From Rhynchobatus australiae (Eukaryota), in assembly GCA_034780895.1 (NCBI GenBank), contig JAUZTB010000062.1, positions 19,147,607-19,211,606 on the forward strand: a DNA stretch of 64,000 bases. The letters run 5' to 3'. A program made the position numbers and the translations under genes. Shown here in pieces: positions 1 through 12,606 of the stretch. A model generated the notes under the pieces. The model was not told the DNA's origin. It searched no databases and was given only the letters and a program-made list of their open reading frames with translations. Every line of letters begins with the position of its first letter. The stretch's first letter is position 1.

Positions 1-70
1 TTTAAACCTCCGATGTCTTACCTTAAACCTATGCCCTCCAGTTTTAGAGATTTTGCTGTAGGGAAACATT
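1..70 (-). mobile_element. CR1-clade LINE 3' fragment
   Basis: CTTAAACCTATGCCC matches the better preserved CR1 copy at ~13820 (antisense of the GHRFK motif). Confidence 0.6.
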
Positions 71-993
71 NNNNNNNNNNNNNGTGACTCCTGCATTGGG
101 GTGGGTGGGAAGGAGGGAAGATTGTGTTCCTAGAAAATGGTTTGTATCACAATATTCCATCATGCCATCTACCTCCTATTACCAAACCAATTTTGGATCC
201 AATTTGCCATCTTGGATCAGTGGGCTTTGATCCTTTGGACTGGTTTCCCAATGTGAGGTATTGATGGTGTCAATGTAAACATTTTCTTTCTCTTCTACTC
301 CAGATTCTAGAACACACAATAAACATGGAAATGTCGATCCAACAGGTATGCAGTGAGGGTGTAAAGAGATTTGCTTTGCCATTCATTGGCAGTTAGGAAT
401 GTTAAAGTGTCTGGACAGGAGCAGGTTCATCCTCACATCTGCGGTGGATACTGGCCCAAGTACTGCCAAGGTTAGTTGCCTATCAGTGTCTCTAATACTG
501 GCTCCTGGGAATCAGTCAGCTTCCTTGTTTCAGTGCCGCTCCCCATTACATGGTCCAAGTGACTTCTTTTGGTGCCCTTTTGCCTCACCAGCAATCCCAG
601 ATTTGACAAATCCTACACTAGGGAAACAGCGTGTCGTCACATGACCATTTACAGGCTCACCTTGTGTGGCCACAATTTGTTGGTTTCCTTTGTGTCCCAC
701 ATGTATGCACTGCTATATCTTATATTAAATAATATATTGTACTTTGGGGGCTGAAAGATTTAATGTTACAGGGGTAATGCATGCTGACTGATAGCCACTT
801 GATTTTATTCTTCACCTTTTCTTGAAAAGAAGTGGANNNNNNNNNNNNNNNNNNNNNNNNNNNNNNNNNNNNNNNNNNNNNNNNNNNNNNNNNNNNNNNN
901 NNNNNNNNNNNNNNNNNNNNNNNNNNNNNNNNNNNNNNNNNNNNNNNNNNNNNNNNNNNNNNNNNNNNNNNNNNNNNNNNNNNNNNNNNNNNN

Positions 994-1720
994 GTGATGA
1001 GCTACCCAATCTAATCCTACCTTCCAGGACTAGGTACGCTGTTCTCCAGGTCATGGCTTTTCAAGCACATACTTAAATGTGATACAAGTTTTAGCCTCTA
1101 CCACCCTCTCGGCCAATGAATTCCAGACCGCTAGCTAAACTTATGCCCTTGGTTTTTGACCCTTCTGATAAGATAAACAGATCCTTTCAAAATACTCCAT
1201 CTAGGATTTTCATAATTTTGTACATCTCAATTAGGTAAAAAACAGTTCTAGTTTTTACAATTTTTGTCCTAACTACTATTTTCTCGTCTTGGCAACATTC
1301 TTGTAAATTTCCTGCACTCCCTATCCAGTGCCATCTGAAATATGGTGACCAGAAATGTATTCTAGCTTGTGTAGATCATAGTACTAACATAAACTAACAC
1401 ATTAGTACGTTGTATTCCTTTCTAACCACCATATTGACCCGTGCCATTACCTTAAATGATATGCATACAATCCTCCACCACAGCATGAATACGCCACAAA
1501 TTACTGTTTATTCTCTTGCCTTGTTGCACCTCCTCACACGTGTCAGGGTAAAGTTTCATTTGCCACTTATCTGTGCAACAGACTAGACTAGCGACATCTT
1601 TCTGCAGTCTAAAAACTTCCCTTCTCACTTTCAACCACAAAGCCAACTTTTGTATCATCTGCAAGTTTGTTCACTGCATTTAAGTCTAATTCATAATGTA
1701 TATTACAAAAGAGGAAGGGA
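994..1720 (-). mobile_element. CR1 (HER1-like) LINE, decayed 3' part of ORF2 and tail
   Basis: Minus ORF 1452-1664 QKDVASLVCCTDKWQMKLYPDTCEEVQQGK resembles the CR1 RT motif LQxDxDxLxxWAxKWQMxFNPxKCEVMHFG. Confidence 0.85.
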
Positions 1721-2471
1721 CAGGGTAAAATTGTGCAGACCATGTGGTTGACTCTCCATTTCCAGCAGGCCAGGTCACCTGCTTGGGAACACAGAATTGG
1801 ATAGGTGCTGATTACACTTCAGCTCTATAAATATTGAAGTAACCATTGCTCCCAGGCTTTCACTTTATGCTATTGATTTACCCAAACCGGTGTACATTTC
1901 AAGAAGTTGATTTGTAAATAAAATTAGTAATTGCAAAAAGCATAAGTTCAAAGATTATAAGCTGAGAATGCTATATTGGAAAGCTTGTGTCTTCATATTC
2001 TTAGAAGTGATTGAAGCATGTATTTCAGAAGGTGTTGATTAGAAGAGGAAGGGATTTCTAATCAGTCATTTCATATTATTGCATGATGACTTTATTTATT
2101 AGAGTGGTAGATCAACATTGAAATATTATAATAAACTATGCCTGGAAAACTCAGAATGCAACTTTCCTGGAAAACAGAAATATTTCAAAAATTTTAATGT
2201 TTCCGATATATCATTTTACCGACACTTCAAACTGAAACTACAGTAGTCTAACTGCACTAGACACAGAACTGACCTGCAGAACACGGAGTAGTGCTGAGCC
2301 TTCTTTCCTATTTGTGAAATATTCCTCTACTGACAGATCCCTCAGATTATACGAAGCATTTTTATGTATAATATCCAGTTCTAATAGTTGAAGCAATTTT
2401 CTCAACTATCTTGTAAAATGAAACCCTGAAGCATGGGATAACCAAACAAAGTTTTCTTCTCAGAACTGGAG

Positions 2472-3017
2472 AGAAGAAATAGGAGCAGGAGTAGGCAATC
2501 TGTCCCTTCCAGACTGCTCTTCAATTCATCAATATAATGGCAGATCTTCTACCTCAGCTCCACTATTCCTGTGTTATTTCCATATCCCTCAATACCCTTA
2601 CTATCTAGAAATCTATGAATATCTACTTCAAATGTGACTGAGCCTCCAGAGCCCTGTCAGGTGGAGAATTCCACAGGTTCACCACTCTCAGAGAACAAAT
2701 TTCTCCTCATCTCAATCCCAAATGGCTTATCACCTGATTCAGAAACTGTGACCCCTGGTTCTGGAATGACTCAGCCAGGGGAAGCATTCTCTCTGCATCC
2801 ATCCTGTCAAGTCCTGTAAGAATTTTGTAAGTTTTGATGACATCTCCCCTCATTCTTTTCAACCTAGAGAATATGGCATAGCCTACACAATTTCTCCTTA
2901 TTTGGTAAATCTACTAGCTCAGTAACCAGTCTTGTGAATCATTGTTGTACTCCCTCAATGACAAGTATATCCTGATTTTAGATGAGGAGAACACAATGCT
3001 GCAGGTGCAGAACCACC
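2472..3017 (-). mobile_element. CR1 LINE 3' fragment
   Basis: Begins AGAAATAGGAGCAGGAGTAGGC (antisense CR1 tail); GAATTCCACAGGTTCACCACTCTC reads RVVNLWNS on the minus strand. Confidence 0.8.
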
Positions 3018-4850
3018 NNNNNNNNNNNNNNNNNNNNNNNNNNNNNNNNNNNNNNNNNNNNNNNNNNNNNNNNNNNNNNNNNNNNNNNNNNNNNNNNNNN
3101 NNNNNNNNNNNNNNNNNNNNNNNNNNNNNNNNNNNNNNNNNNNNNNNNNNNNNNNNNNNNNNNNNNNNNNNNNNNNNNNNNNNNNNNNNNNNNNNNNNNN
3201 NNNNNNNNNNNNNNNNNNNNNNNNNNNNNNNNNNNNNNNNNNNNNNNNNNNNNNNNNNNNNNNNNNNNNNNNNNNNNNNNNNNNNNNNNNNNNNNNNNNN
3301 NNNNNNNNNNNNNNNNNNNNNNNNNNNNNNNNNNNNNNNNNNNNNNNNNNNNNNNNNNNNNNNNNNNNNNNNNNNNNNNNNNNNNNNNNNNNNNNNNNNN
3401 NNNNNNNNNNNNNNNNNNNNNNNNNNNNNNNNNNNNNNNNNNNNNNNNNNNNNNNNNNNNNNNNNNNNNNNNNNNNNNNNNNNNNNNNNNNNNNNNNNNN
3501 NNNNNNNNNNNNNNNNNNNNNNNNNNNNNNNNNNNNNNNNNNNNNNNNNNNNNNNNNNNNNNNNNNNNNNNNNNNNNNNNNNNNNNNNNNNNNNNNNNNN
3601 NNNNNNNNNNNNNNNNNNNNNNNNNNNTCTAGTACAGGGGTAAAATCTGTTCAATGAAGAATAATATTATTCTGCACAGCATACCTGGAAGACTGAACTG
3701 AGTTTGTCATGACTGAAGTTTTGAAGCCAGAATCTGGATCCCTATTAGACAGAGACACAGTCCACAAACTTTTCACAAGCTATGTATGCATCTATATAAC
3801 TATCTTTACATATGCTTAACACGTTAGTAATGTGAACAAATGTAGTGTATGAGTTAATACACTAAACCTGGTGCTATCTCATTTCACCCACTATTGTACT
3901 AATAACTATTAGTTCTCATTACTTTCCCAATTCTTTATTAAAACAGTTGATTCTGATGTTGATTGAGCTATTAAAATTAGATTAAGGTAACTCTGGAATC
4001 ATATGGGGTGGAAGTTAAACTGCTACAGAAGGGCTGTTTATATTTGTTTGTATTTATAGGTAGCCATAGTAACTGTATATATCATTAATCTCCCTCTCGC
4101 ACTGAAATGTCATTTGAATTTCAATCTTTACATTTACCTCCCTCCAGGGAAATGTAAATTGGAGAGGCTCTTTTTGTCCTTAAGTGGGTAGAAACAATTC
4201 ATTACTGCCTTTAAGTGCCTTGGAGCATGTTTGAGGAAATGCTAATTTTATATATTTTATATCTTGTGCTCCTCCTCACTGCAAATCTTATCCAAAGGCA
4301 GTTAAAATTTGTACAGTAAAAAAATTCATACATTTTCTGAGAAGGTATCCTTTATTGTTGGTTCAGCAGAAAAAGAGGATATTAAAGTTAAGCAGTAATT
4401 TCAAATTCAGGAAGACATTTAACAATAATAAGGAACTATTTCTCTCCTATCAATTTTGAATGGGAGCAAGGTGTGGTGGGTGGGGAGGCATTTCTTTCAG
4501 TGGCCTAATATAAAGTCAATGACCATTTGAAGTAAGTGCTTTAGCTATTTTGGTTGGGCTGGTTATGCAGACCTTTATTGTTCAACTGTTTGAGCACTCC
4601 AGAGAGAAAATACAAGCTTAACGTTTTATATATTAATCTGAGGGCTGGTCTGTTAATAGGGACATANNNNNNNNNNNNNNNNNNNNNNNNNNNNNNNNNN
4701 NNNNNNNNNNNNTTTTAACTGAAGGTCTTAGAAAACAAAATTGGACTTGTTGGTTTGCAATGGACCATAGTGAGAAACACTGAGAACTCTTGATGTCACC
4801 ATACACTACTGGTAAGCTAACATAATTGTTTTTCTGTTTTCCGTTTCAAG

Positions 4851-5003
4851 GGTGACGGATCAGAAGATAAGCCCACGAGGAAAAGGCAACACATTTTCTC
4901 TGGAACAACACAATGCATTTCCCTTTTTCAGTTAATGGCGGAACATTTCTGGGAGCTAAGCCAGAAGGAGATATTATATCTCCCACTCACTGGAAGTTTG
5001 TGA
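4851..5003 (+). CDS. Candidate spliced (possibly terminal) exon of an unidentified gene
   Basis: CTAAC branch point 4817-4821, pyrimidine tract TTGTTTTTCTGTTTTCCGTTTCAAG, then purine-rich sequence. Reads GDGSEDKPTRKRQHIFS...TGSL* (stop 5003) or VTDQKISPRGKGNTFSLEQHNAFPFFS* (stop 4935). Protein not recognised. Confidence 0.3.
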   Translation, partial: GDGSEDKPTRKRQHIFSGTTQCISLFQLMAEHFWELSQKEILYLPLTGSL

Positions 5004-5929
5004 ATTGTTCATTTTTAAGTAAATTCAAGCTGATAATTTAAAATGTATGAAGCAATTACCCTTTCAGACTTGTGGTTTTATGTTCAGTACATGGATCAGT
5101 TCCTGATTTGTAGTACCCACAGCTTACTCTCCAAAACCAACCCTTTGACTTTCTAACATTTATTTCCTTCAGATTTTGGTTTCCTTTACTTGTGGGATGT
5201 GTATTTTAGGGTTCTAAAATCTTGACACAATGCAAAGCTTTCTCACTGATTTATAAATCCTTTTGCAAAGAATGTGCATTTCTAAATCAATTTTTACTAG
5301 ATTTGCTTCACCTCACTCTTACTTATTTATAAAGGTCTATTTTAAAATCAGAACATATTTAAACATTAAGTCCAACTGTAAAGTAAATACTGTGAAACCC
5401 AGTAATATCTTTCCCATAAGAACTGTGTTACTATTTAAAAACTTAGTCCCGTTCAATCCTAATTATTGAAATCTCAATTGTTGAAGACATTTATAAACTC
5501 CTTTATAATTAAATCCTTGCTTTAAATCTTACAGGAAAGTAAAGATTTATATTAAATTAGTTAATTCTGAAGCCAAAGGTTTAGCGAGATTTAGTAAATC
5601 ACATTTAGTAAATTGCACTAAATTCCAAATGTAATATTTAGATAAACCAAATCTGAATTTTAACAGTCATATTTTGAAAGTAAAACATGAATAAATCTGG
5701 AAATCATAAATAATGTAACAAATGGAAATGCGAATGTGTACATGAAAACCTTGTACCTTATCTCAATGAGTGCTTGAATCTTACAGTATGCAGTAAATAC
5801 CATTGGATTCTATCAAAGACTGTACTATCCCAGTCAATTAATTAATTTAAAGTAACAGAAATGCCAATATTTTGGGAAGTTTTAGGAAATCTGGTAATTC
5901 AGTTACCTCAGTTAGAAAATTTACACCTT

Positions 5930-6560
5930 ATAGATTACATTATAATGGAACTATTTGATTGGACCCTGTGCAAATGGAAATAAAATGACAGTCCCTGGGA
6001 CAAAATGTTAGCAAAAGGAAAGCATCAATAAGCTTCTGTAGTTATGGCAAGTGCACAATTATTTCATTGCACCCCTATCTTACAGCCGCTGGCACAGTTA
6101 ATTAAATGAAAAATATTATATTTTATAAAAACAAAATCAATTTGGACTTTGGAAATGAAGACTGACAAGGTAAAGTTGCCCAATCAGCAAAGTTGCCCTT
6201 CTGCTCTTAATCAATATCTGAAATATTCAGCCTTTGCAATGCCGATGCTTTGGCAGTGTTCAAAAAGCAATGCTGGTTTAAAGGTGAAAAACAATCATTT
6301 TCAGCTTTTATTCTGATGAATTGGCAAGCCTGAGACACCAGCCAATTATGCTATTTGATTTCAATGAAGTCATTAAAGTGAGCAGTTGATTAAAATTTAG
6401 CATGACAAAATGAAACTATTCAGCACAACCAGGAACGGACCTCTCTGTCAGTGCCAACTTTCCCATTTACTAAACTAGAATCTATCACTCGGGGACAAAA
6501 GAAAGATCTGAGCTCATTCAGTGGCATAAAATATTCAGCATTCTGGCACACTCAGAATTA
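5930..6560. promoter_or_regulatory. Putative conserved non-coding element / enhancer
   Basis: Repeat-free and rich in homeodomain-type motifs (TGACAG, CTGTCA, TTAATTAA, CAATTA). Conservation not tested. Confidence 0.3.
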
Positions 6561-7489
6561 CAGCCATTTGTTCCCTTCACGCTGCTGCCCTCTCTCTCTT
6601 TTTAAGGCAAGTATAAAAACAAGCTTTAAAAAAACGAAAAGGGAGTTTTATTCAATTGCAGGGCTATCAAATCACTTTCTTCTCCTGATGGGAGAGGCAA
6701 TGTGTAGTTTTCATGCTGGGACAGTATGAACTTTGGCAGTCTGCAGATCAACACTGGGACCTTAAGGTCACATTGGTCTGGAGAGGTAGAAGCCAAATGT
6801 GGTTTCCCTAATGAGTTAGTCTGAGGATTTAAAGCCTGGTATTGAGTGTGGGTGNNNNNNNNNNNNNNNNNNNNNNNNNNNNNNNNNNNNNNNNNNNNNN
6901 NNNNNNNNNNNNNNNNNNNNNNNNNNNNNNNNNNNNNNNNNNNNNNNNNNNNNNGCGCATTTGTTGATGCTGAGTAAGCTTGCACTTCCACTTTAATTGT
7001 AAGCGGGGATAAGAAATAGGTTCATAACAATTCTTGACTATACATTCAATAATAGTTAACAGTGCATCTCCCAAGATAACATGCAACTCCTAAAACATAT
7101 TCTCCATGCTGTATCTTCTAAAATTTGCATTAGAGCACATCCAACGCAAAGTTTTAAGGGTGAAGATAGCTAACCAAATATCAGATCTCTATGGGAATGT
7201 CTCTTTAAGAATGTTTATTCTTTATTAGAGTGTATGTTATTCAATGTTTTTAGACAGACCTTCATGGATTTACTGTGTTACAAACAAACAGAAGCACAGA
7301 GTATAAGATGGCTTGGAGATTTTCTTTCACTGGAGATTTTAAAGTGGTTGCTGGGAAAAGCATTCCAAAATTCGGTAGGAGTGCACATCCTACCAAGTGA
7401 GTTCATCCTCTTTGGATCCAGGAAACCTAGACCAGACACGAGGATGAGCAGGGAGACGTAGGGGTCCAGGCACAAGTAGGAAATGAAAT

Positions 7490-8036
7490 TGAAAAGGCTA
7501 ACCAATGTTTATGTTAGGGAGCCCAAAATACCAAGGTCTAAAAATTGTGCTGCAGCTGTACAAACCTCTTGTTAAACTGCATCAGGAATACAGTATTCAA
7601 ACCTTGGGAAGAATATATTAGCTTTAGACTGCAGATTCTCTGAATGATACCTGGGCTGAAAGGGCTTAATTATGAGGAAGATTTACTTAGACCAGGCTTG
7701 TATTCTGCTTGCATAACCTAACAGAGGTGTTTAAGATGATTTAAAGTACTTTACAGGGTAGGTGGAGAGATACCACTTCCTTTCAAAATTAAAGCTAGAC
7801 CATTTGGGGATAATGGCACAAAGTATTCTTCATTCAAAAGGATGGAAGAAATTAGGAATTCTCTCTAAAAGCTGTCAATCCTGGGTCAGTGGAAAATGTC
7901 AAAACTGAAGTTGAGAGATCTTTGTATGTGTGCAAAGGGATATGAGTCCAAGACAATTATGTAGAGTTGTGATACAGCTCCACCATGATTAAATGGTGGA
8001 ACAGACCCAGAGATTGTATGGTCTTCTCCTGTTCCA
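7490..8036 (+). mobile_element. CR1 LINE 3' end
   Basis: CAGCTGTACAAACCTCTTGTTAAACTGCAT (LYKxLVxxHLEY-like), TATGAGGAAGATT (YEERL-like), tail ending GGTCTTCTCCTGTTCC. Confidence 0.8.
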
Positions 8037-8203
8037 AAGTCTCAGGATTTAGAGATTTCAGACTGTATTCATCAATCTGACATATATTGTTTTAAATAAT
8101 AAGCAACTCTGGTCTCTATTTCCTCACTCTCCTTGGCTAAAATTCATAGTTGCTTCAGGTGGTAAAGTCTCTTTGCCTTGATCTTGTTCCTTCATTCATA
8201 GTC

Positions 8204-9087
8204 TGTTATGAACCAGCAACAAAAGAAACACACTAAGTTATGGTTCAGTGTTTAAAAACTACTTTATTAATAACTACTTATGATAATAAGAAAAATAAAA
8301 GTAAAACTGTTAAAGCCTAAACATTAACCCCAACTAACTAACTAAACTAGTCGTGTGTGTGTGGCAAATTCCTAAACTCCACATCCAGGAATGGTTCTCA
8401 AAGTTCAGTTCAGTTCAGCAAGCCATAAGGTGAAACACAAGTAAAGGCTTCTTCAACAACCACTGTTGACTGAAGACAAAACGTAGATGTAGAGAAAATA
8501 GAGTAATTACGAAATCCAAATGTTCCATGATGGAACCCAAATGACTCCTCAGTGTTTACTCAGCAGTGACGACTCCACCGCATCTTCCTCACCCCGAAAG
8601 GCTCTTGAATGATCCACTATGAAACCCAAATGACACCTCAGCGTCTACTCAGTAGTGACTTCCTCACCCCAAAAAATATCTGAAACGTGGCTGTCCACAC
8701 AAAATACCTGTTTCCTTCTACAGGGCAACAACAAAGTGAACTCCACTTCTTTGTTCTGACGTGTCTGCCACACCTTAGAGCATCCGTGACGTGGCCGTCC
8801 ACACAAAACCTGTCTTCCTCTACAGGTTAACGACAAAGTGGACTCCACCGGATTACTCCCAAAAATCCGTCCATGGAAAGTAGTGCCAGTCACAGTTATT
8901 GTTTCTCATCCATTGATAGAGAAAACAAGTAGGCTAGTGTCCCTCGCCGTCGCTGTCCCCCTCCCCCCTCCCGGCTTTCCAACAACGTCATGATGTCCTG
9001 TATCTTCTGTGACGTAAGCACACCACACACACACACACACACACTATCTTAAAGGGACATTCACTAATAGTAACCTGGTCCGTAACA
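8204..9087 (-). mobile_element. Solo LTR, probably Gypsy-type (copy 1, 884 bp)
   Basis: TG...CA termini with a 13-bp imperfect inverted repeat (TGTTATGAACCAG / CTGGTCCGTAACA). Minus-strand AATAAA at 8263-8268, internal (CA)n, homologous to 10093-10874. No PBS or internal ORFs. Confidence 0.8.
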
Positions 9088-9190
9088 CTATGTCTTCTCA
9101 TGGCTACTATTTCAGTCCTGGGGAAAAGCCTCTGACTATCTACCCGATCAATACCTCTCATCATCTTGTACACATCTATCAGGTAACCAT
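9088..9190 (-). mobile_element. CR1 ORF2 C-terminal fragment interrupted by the LTR
   Basis: Translation LIDVYKMMRGIDRVDSQRLFPRTEIVAMRRH is typical CR1 C-terminus. Confidence 0.85.
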
Positions 9191-9289
9191 TCAGATAACC
9201 ATTCCTTCCCACTTAATGTAGGAATAAATCAGCAGCAAGTACTAAATTTTGTGTATTTGAACCAGATTAGAACAATGCTAGTTGAAGAA

Positions 9290-9600
9290 CAAACAATCTT
9301 GTATTTCTATTACATCTGTAGTGATCACAAAAGATCCCAAAGTACATTATAACCAATTAAATTCCTTAACATCTGTCAGAATTGTAATTAGGGGAAACAT
9401 GATAACCAATTTATGCTCATCAAGGATTTGCACAAACAAGTGGAAATAAAAACACTTTTTTAAATTATCTTGCTTTAAGAATAAGTAATCCCTAGGATAA
9501 AAATAGATCTCTCCCACTGCTCCTTTGAATAATACTGGGAGATCTTTCATGCACTCTGGAAAGGGAAAGTGTTTTAAGAAGACTTGTCTGGTAACAGTGT
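9290..9600 (-). mobile_element. Deu-domain SINE (SacSINE1/AmnSINE-like), old
   Basis: ATCCCAAAG...AACCAAT and CTGCTCCTTTGAATAATACTGGGAGATCTTT blocks are shared with the copy at 51735-51990. Confidence 0.55.
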
Positions 9601-10092
9601 CTTGAGATTCTCTGAGATGATGTGTTCAAGCAGGTGAAACACAGGGTAAAGCTTACAGTTGAATAATAGTTTGAGATGCATAATCTCTAATTATTGTTGG
9701 GGCTTTGGCATTTCATTTTGAATCTACTTCTTCACCCTTGTAACTGTATCTCATTTTACTTGAAGTCATCATTCTACGTGGGAAGAATCATATGTCTGTT
9801 GTTGATTGGTTTGATATCCTACATGGTGGTTCTTTGTCACTATATTACATCTTCATTTCTGTTTTGAAAGTTCAAGTTCCTTTCTATTGGATTTTATTTT
9901 CACACTTTATAATCTTTAAGCTGTCTGGTTTAATTTTGGCCATTCAAGTCTTAAGTCAACTGCAAGTCACACTCTCTGCTTGATATGGTGCTNNNNNNNN
10001 NNNNNNNNNNNNNNNNNNNNNNNNNNNNNNNNNNNNNNNNNNNNNNNNNNNNNNNNNNNNNNNNNNNNNNNNNNNNNNNNNNNNNNNNNNNN

Positions 10093-10129
10093 GTCATGAT
10101 GTTCTTTATCTTCTGTTGACGTAAGCACG

Positions 10130-10170
<41 letters not shown>

Positions 10171-10206
10171 AAAAGGGATACTCACTAATAGTCCTAGTCC
10201 GTAACA
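10093..10206 (-). mobile_element. LTR copy 2, terminal part only (rest in N gap)
   Basis: Homologous to ~8986-9087 and ends CCGTAACA. Confidence 0.8.
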
Positions 10207-10767
10207 GAAGTAAAAATGTTAAACCTTAAGCATTAACCCCCAAAAAACTAACTAAACTCGTCATGTGTGTGTGTCAGATTCCCAAACTCCACGTCCAGGA
10301 ATAGTTCTCAAAGTTCAGTTCAGTTCAGCAAGCCATAAGGTGAAATATGAGTAAAGGCTTCTTCAACAACCACCATTGACTGAAGAAAAAACGTCGATGT
10401 AGAGACAAAATAGAAAGTAATTACGAAATCCAAATGTTCCACAATGGAACCCAAACGACTCCTCAGTGTTTACTCAGTAGTGACGACTTTGTTCCAAAGT
10501 GTCTGCCACACCCAAGACCATCCATGATATGGCCATCCACACAAAATACCTGTCTTCCTCAACAGGTTAATGACAAAGTGGAGTCCACTGGATTACTCCC
10601 AAAATTTCCGTCCGTGGATTGTAGTGACAGTCACAGTTATTGTTTCTCCTCCATTGATAGAGAAAAAAAGCAGGCGGGTGTCACTCTCTCTCTTTTCTTC
10701 AGACTGGCTCTGACTGACTGTTCCAACAACATCATGATGTCCTTTATCTTCTGTTGACGTAGGCATG

Positions 10768-10817
<50 letters not shown>

Positions 10818-10874
10818 AGACACACTCTCACTATCTTAAAAGGACATTCACTAATAGTAACCTATTCCGTAACA
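10207..10874 (-). mobile_element. LTR copy 3, lacking the first ~95 bp
   Basis: Collinear with ~8299-9087 apart from an internal deletion; ends TTCCGTAACA. Confidence 0.85.
10769..10825. repeat. (CA)n microsatellite inside LTR (also ~9019-9043 and ~10131-10166)
   Basis: Directly visible; length differs among the three LTR copies. Confidence 0.95.
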
Positions 10875-11199
10875 GTCTCCTTTAAACCCAATTCTATGAC
10901 AAGGCTTTAATGTCAACAACACTTTACCTTCTTTGCTTCAGCATCAATTTTTACCTGATCACACTCCTGTGTGATACTTTGAAATGCTTTCCTAGCTCAG
11001 ACACTTAGAAATTCAAGTTATTGTCTTTAGTTCTTGTGAGCAAGATCACAAGAACTGAAATCATGATTGGCAGTCCTGGAATTGTTCCTGCAAATGTCTT
11101 CACATCACCTCCATTCTATACACCTTTAATTTTGCGTCCTGTTTCTTAGGCCAACCTATTCTAATATCTCACTGTGCGTCTTGGTGGCAAATTGTTATC

Positions 11200-11625
11200 A
11201 GGGGAACAGGAACAGGTCATACAACCTCTCCAGCCTGTTCCACAGTTCAATAAAATCATGACTGGACCAACCTTTGGCCTCCAAGTCATTCTCCTAATGG
11301 ATCCAGGAAATTCCATTATATTCAAAAGTATATTCAATGATTCAGCTCATTGGAGTCGAAATTGCAAAGATTCACAAACATCAGAGAAAAAGAAATACTC
11401 CTCATCTCCATCTAAAATGGGCAACCCATTATCCTGAGACTATGCTCCCTAATGCTAGGTTTCCTTACCAGAGTAAACAGCATCTTGTAATCAATCCTAT
11501 CAAGCTTTCCTATATTTCAATAAGATCATCTGATTTCTTCCAAACTTTTCTCATGCTTTTCATTTTTCAAAATACCAGAGAGTATGGATCCTATCACCTG
11601 AAGCTGCTAATCAGCCTACTATTAA
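11200..11625 (-). mobile_element. CR1 LINE 3' fragment
   Basis: GGAACAGGAACAGGTCATACAACCTCTCCAGCCTG antisense tail, similar to the 2472 and 45860 copies. Confidence 0.7.
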
Positions 11626-11967
11626 GATTTTGGAACATTTTACCTTTAAAGGCACTATATATAAATGCACACTGTTGTTAAATCATCTTAGTTCCAATGA
11701 AGTTGATGGACCTGATGCTGTCTTTGCTTTGTTGCCCTGACATGGAGAACAGTGTGTTTATAGTCCTCAATTTAAATCTTGGTTTTGAATTACAAATTTA
11801 AAAAATGCTGTGATACAGCTTGCATCTTGAGTGGATAAGCTACCTAGAAGGCAAGATAACAGTGAGATGCAGTTTGTGCATCATGTGTGTTTTCAATGAA
11901 CAAAAATATCAGTAGAATTCTTTGAAGATTTTCAAGTGGCAGTATGTTAATGATACTCAGCAAGGCC

Positions 11968-12081
11968 AATCATTAATCAGTGAATACAGATTAATTAGCT
12001 ATCTGTTCTACAGGTAAAGGGTAATTATCACATTTTATTCAACACTGAGTAATGCAATCAGTATTCAAAAGAACATTCAAC
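11968..12081 (+). repeat. Direct repeat; second diverged copy at 12659-12767
   Basis: AATCATTAA-CAGTGAATACAGATTAATTAGC...TTATCACATTTT...CAATCAGTATTCAAAAGAACATTCAAC is present in both. Confidence 0.95.
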
Positions 12082-12606
12082 TGTTAAGCAACAGCATATG
12101 TCTCTTCACAAATGTGTATGCTCAAAATATTGTTACCTATGACTAATCATCTTGTGAAGGAATATAAATTAATTAATTAGTGTAAGCGGCTGTAAATTGA
12201 GTAGGACTGTTTTCTTTCACTTCCCACACAGAAGCCATTTTTATCTTGTATTGAGTCAGGATGTCTTAAATGCAGCCTATCAGCAAGAAATCTTTACAAC
12301 CATGTTATGGCATGAAGATGATTCCTATCACATCCCATTTTTCAGGTTGAACATGAACATATAGGAGATTTTGCATTAAGTATTAACTTCAAAGGGATAT
12401 TTGATTTTTTTTTGCTCTTGCCTAATTTACATGGATTTTGACTTTGCCAGCACTGCCTGTAGTTTTTGTAGGTAAATAGCGCTAGAGTGAGTCTAATTAG
12501 GGAAACACAACTTCCTGAAGGTTAACTCCTCAGCAATTCTGTATCATTGTTTTATTGTTTAACCTCTTACACCATAATCATTTCCTCTTGCTTTTTATGC
12601 ACTTCT

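Noticed and set aside
4812-4850. GTAAGC donor paired with the 4850 acceptor
   Set aside because: It would give a 39-nt intron, too short for vertebrates, and the motif overlaps the branch point.
9951-10831. ORFs with CVCVCV repeats
   Set aside because: Translation of (TG)n microsatellites inside LTRs.
8204-10874. Full-length or TRIM-like LTR retrotransposon bounded by copies 1 and 3
   Set aside because: The interior is a CR1 fragment, an old SINE and unique DNA. There is no PBS, gag or pol, and the LTR copies are clearly diverged.
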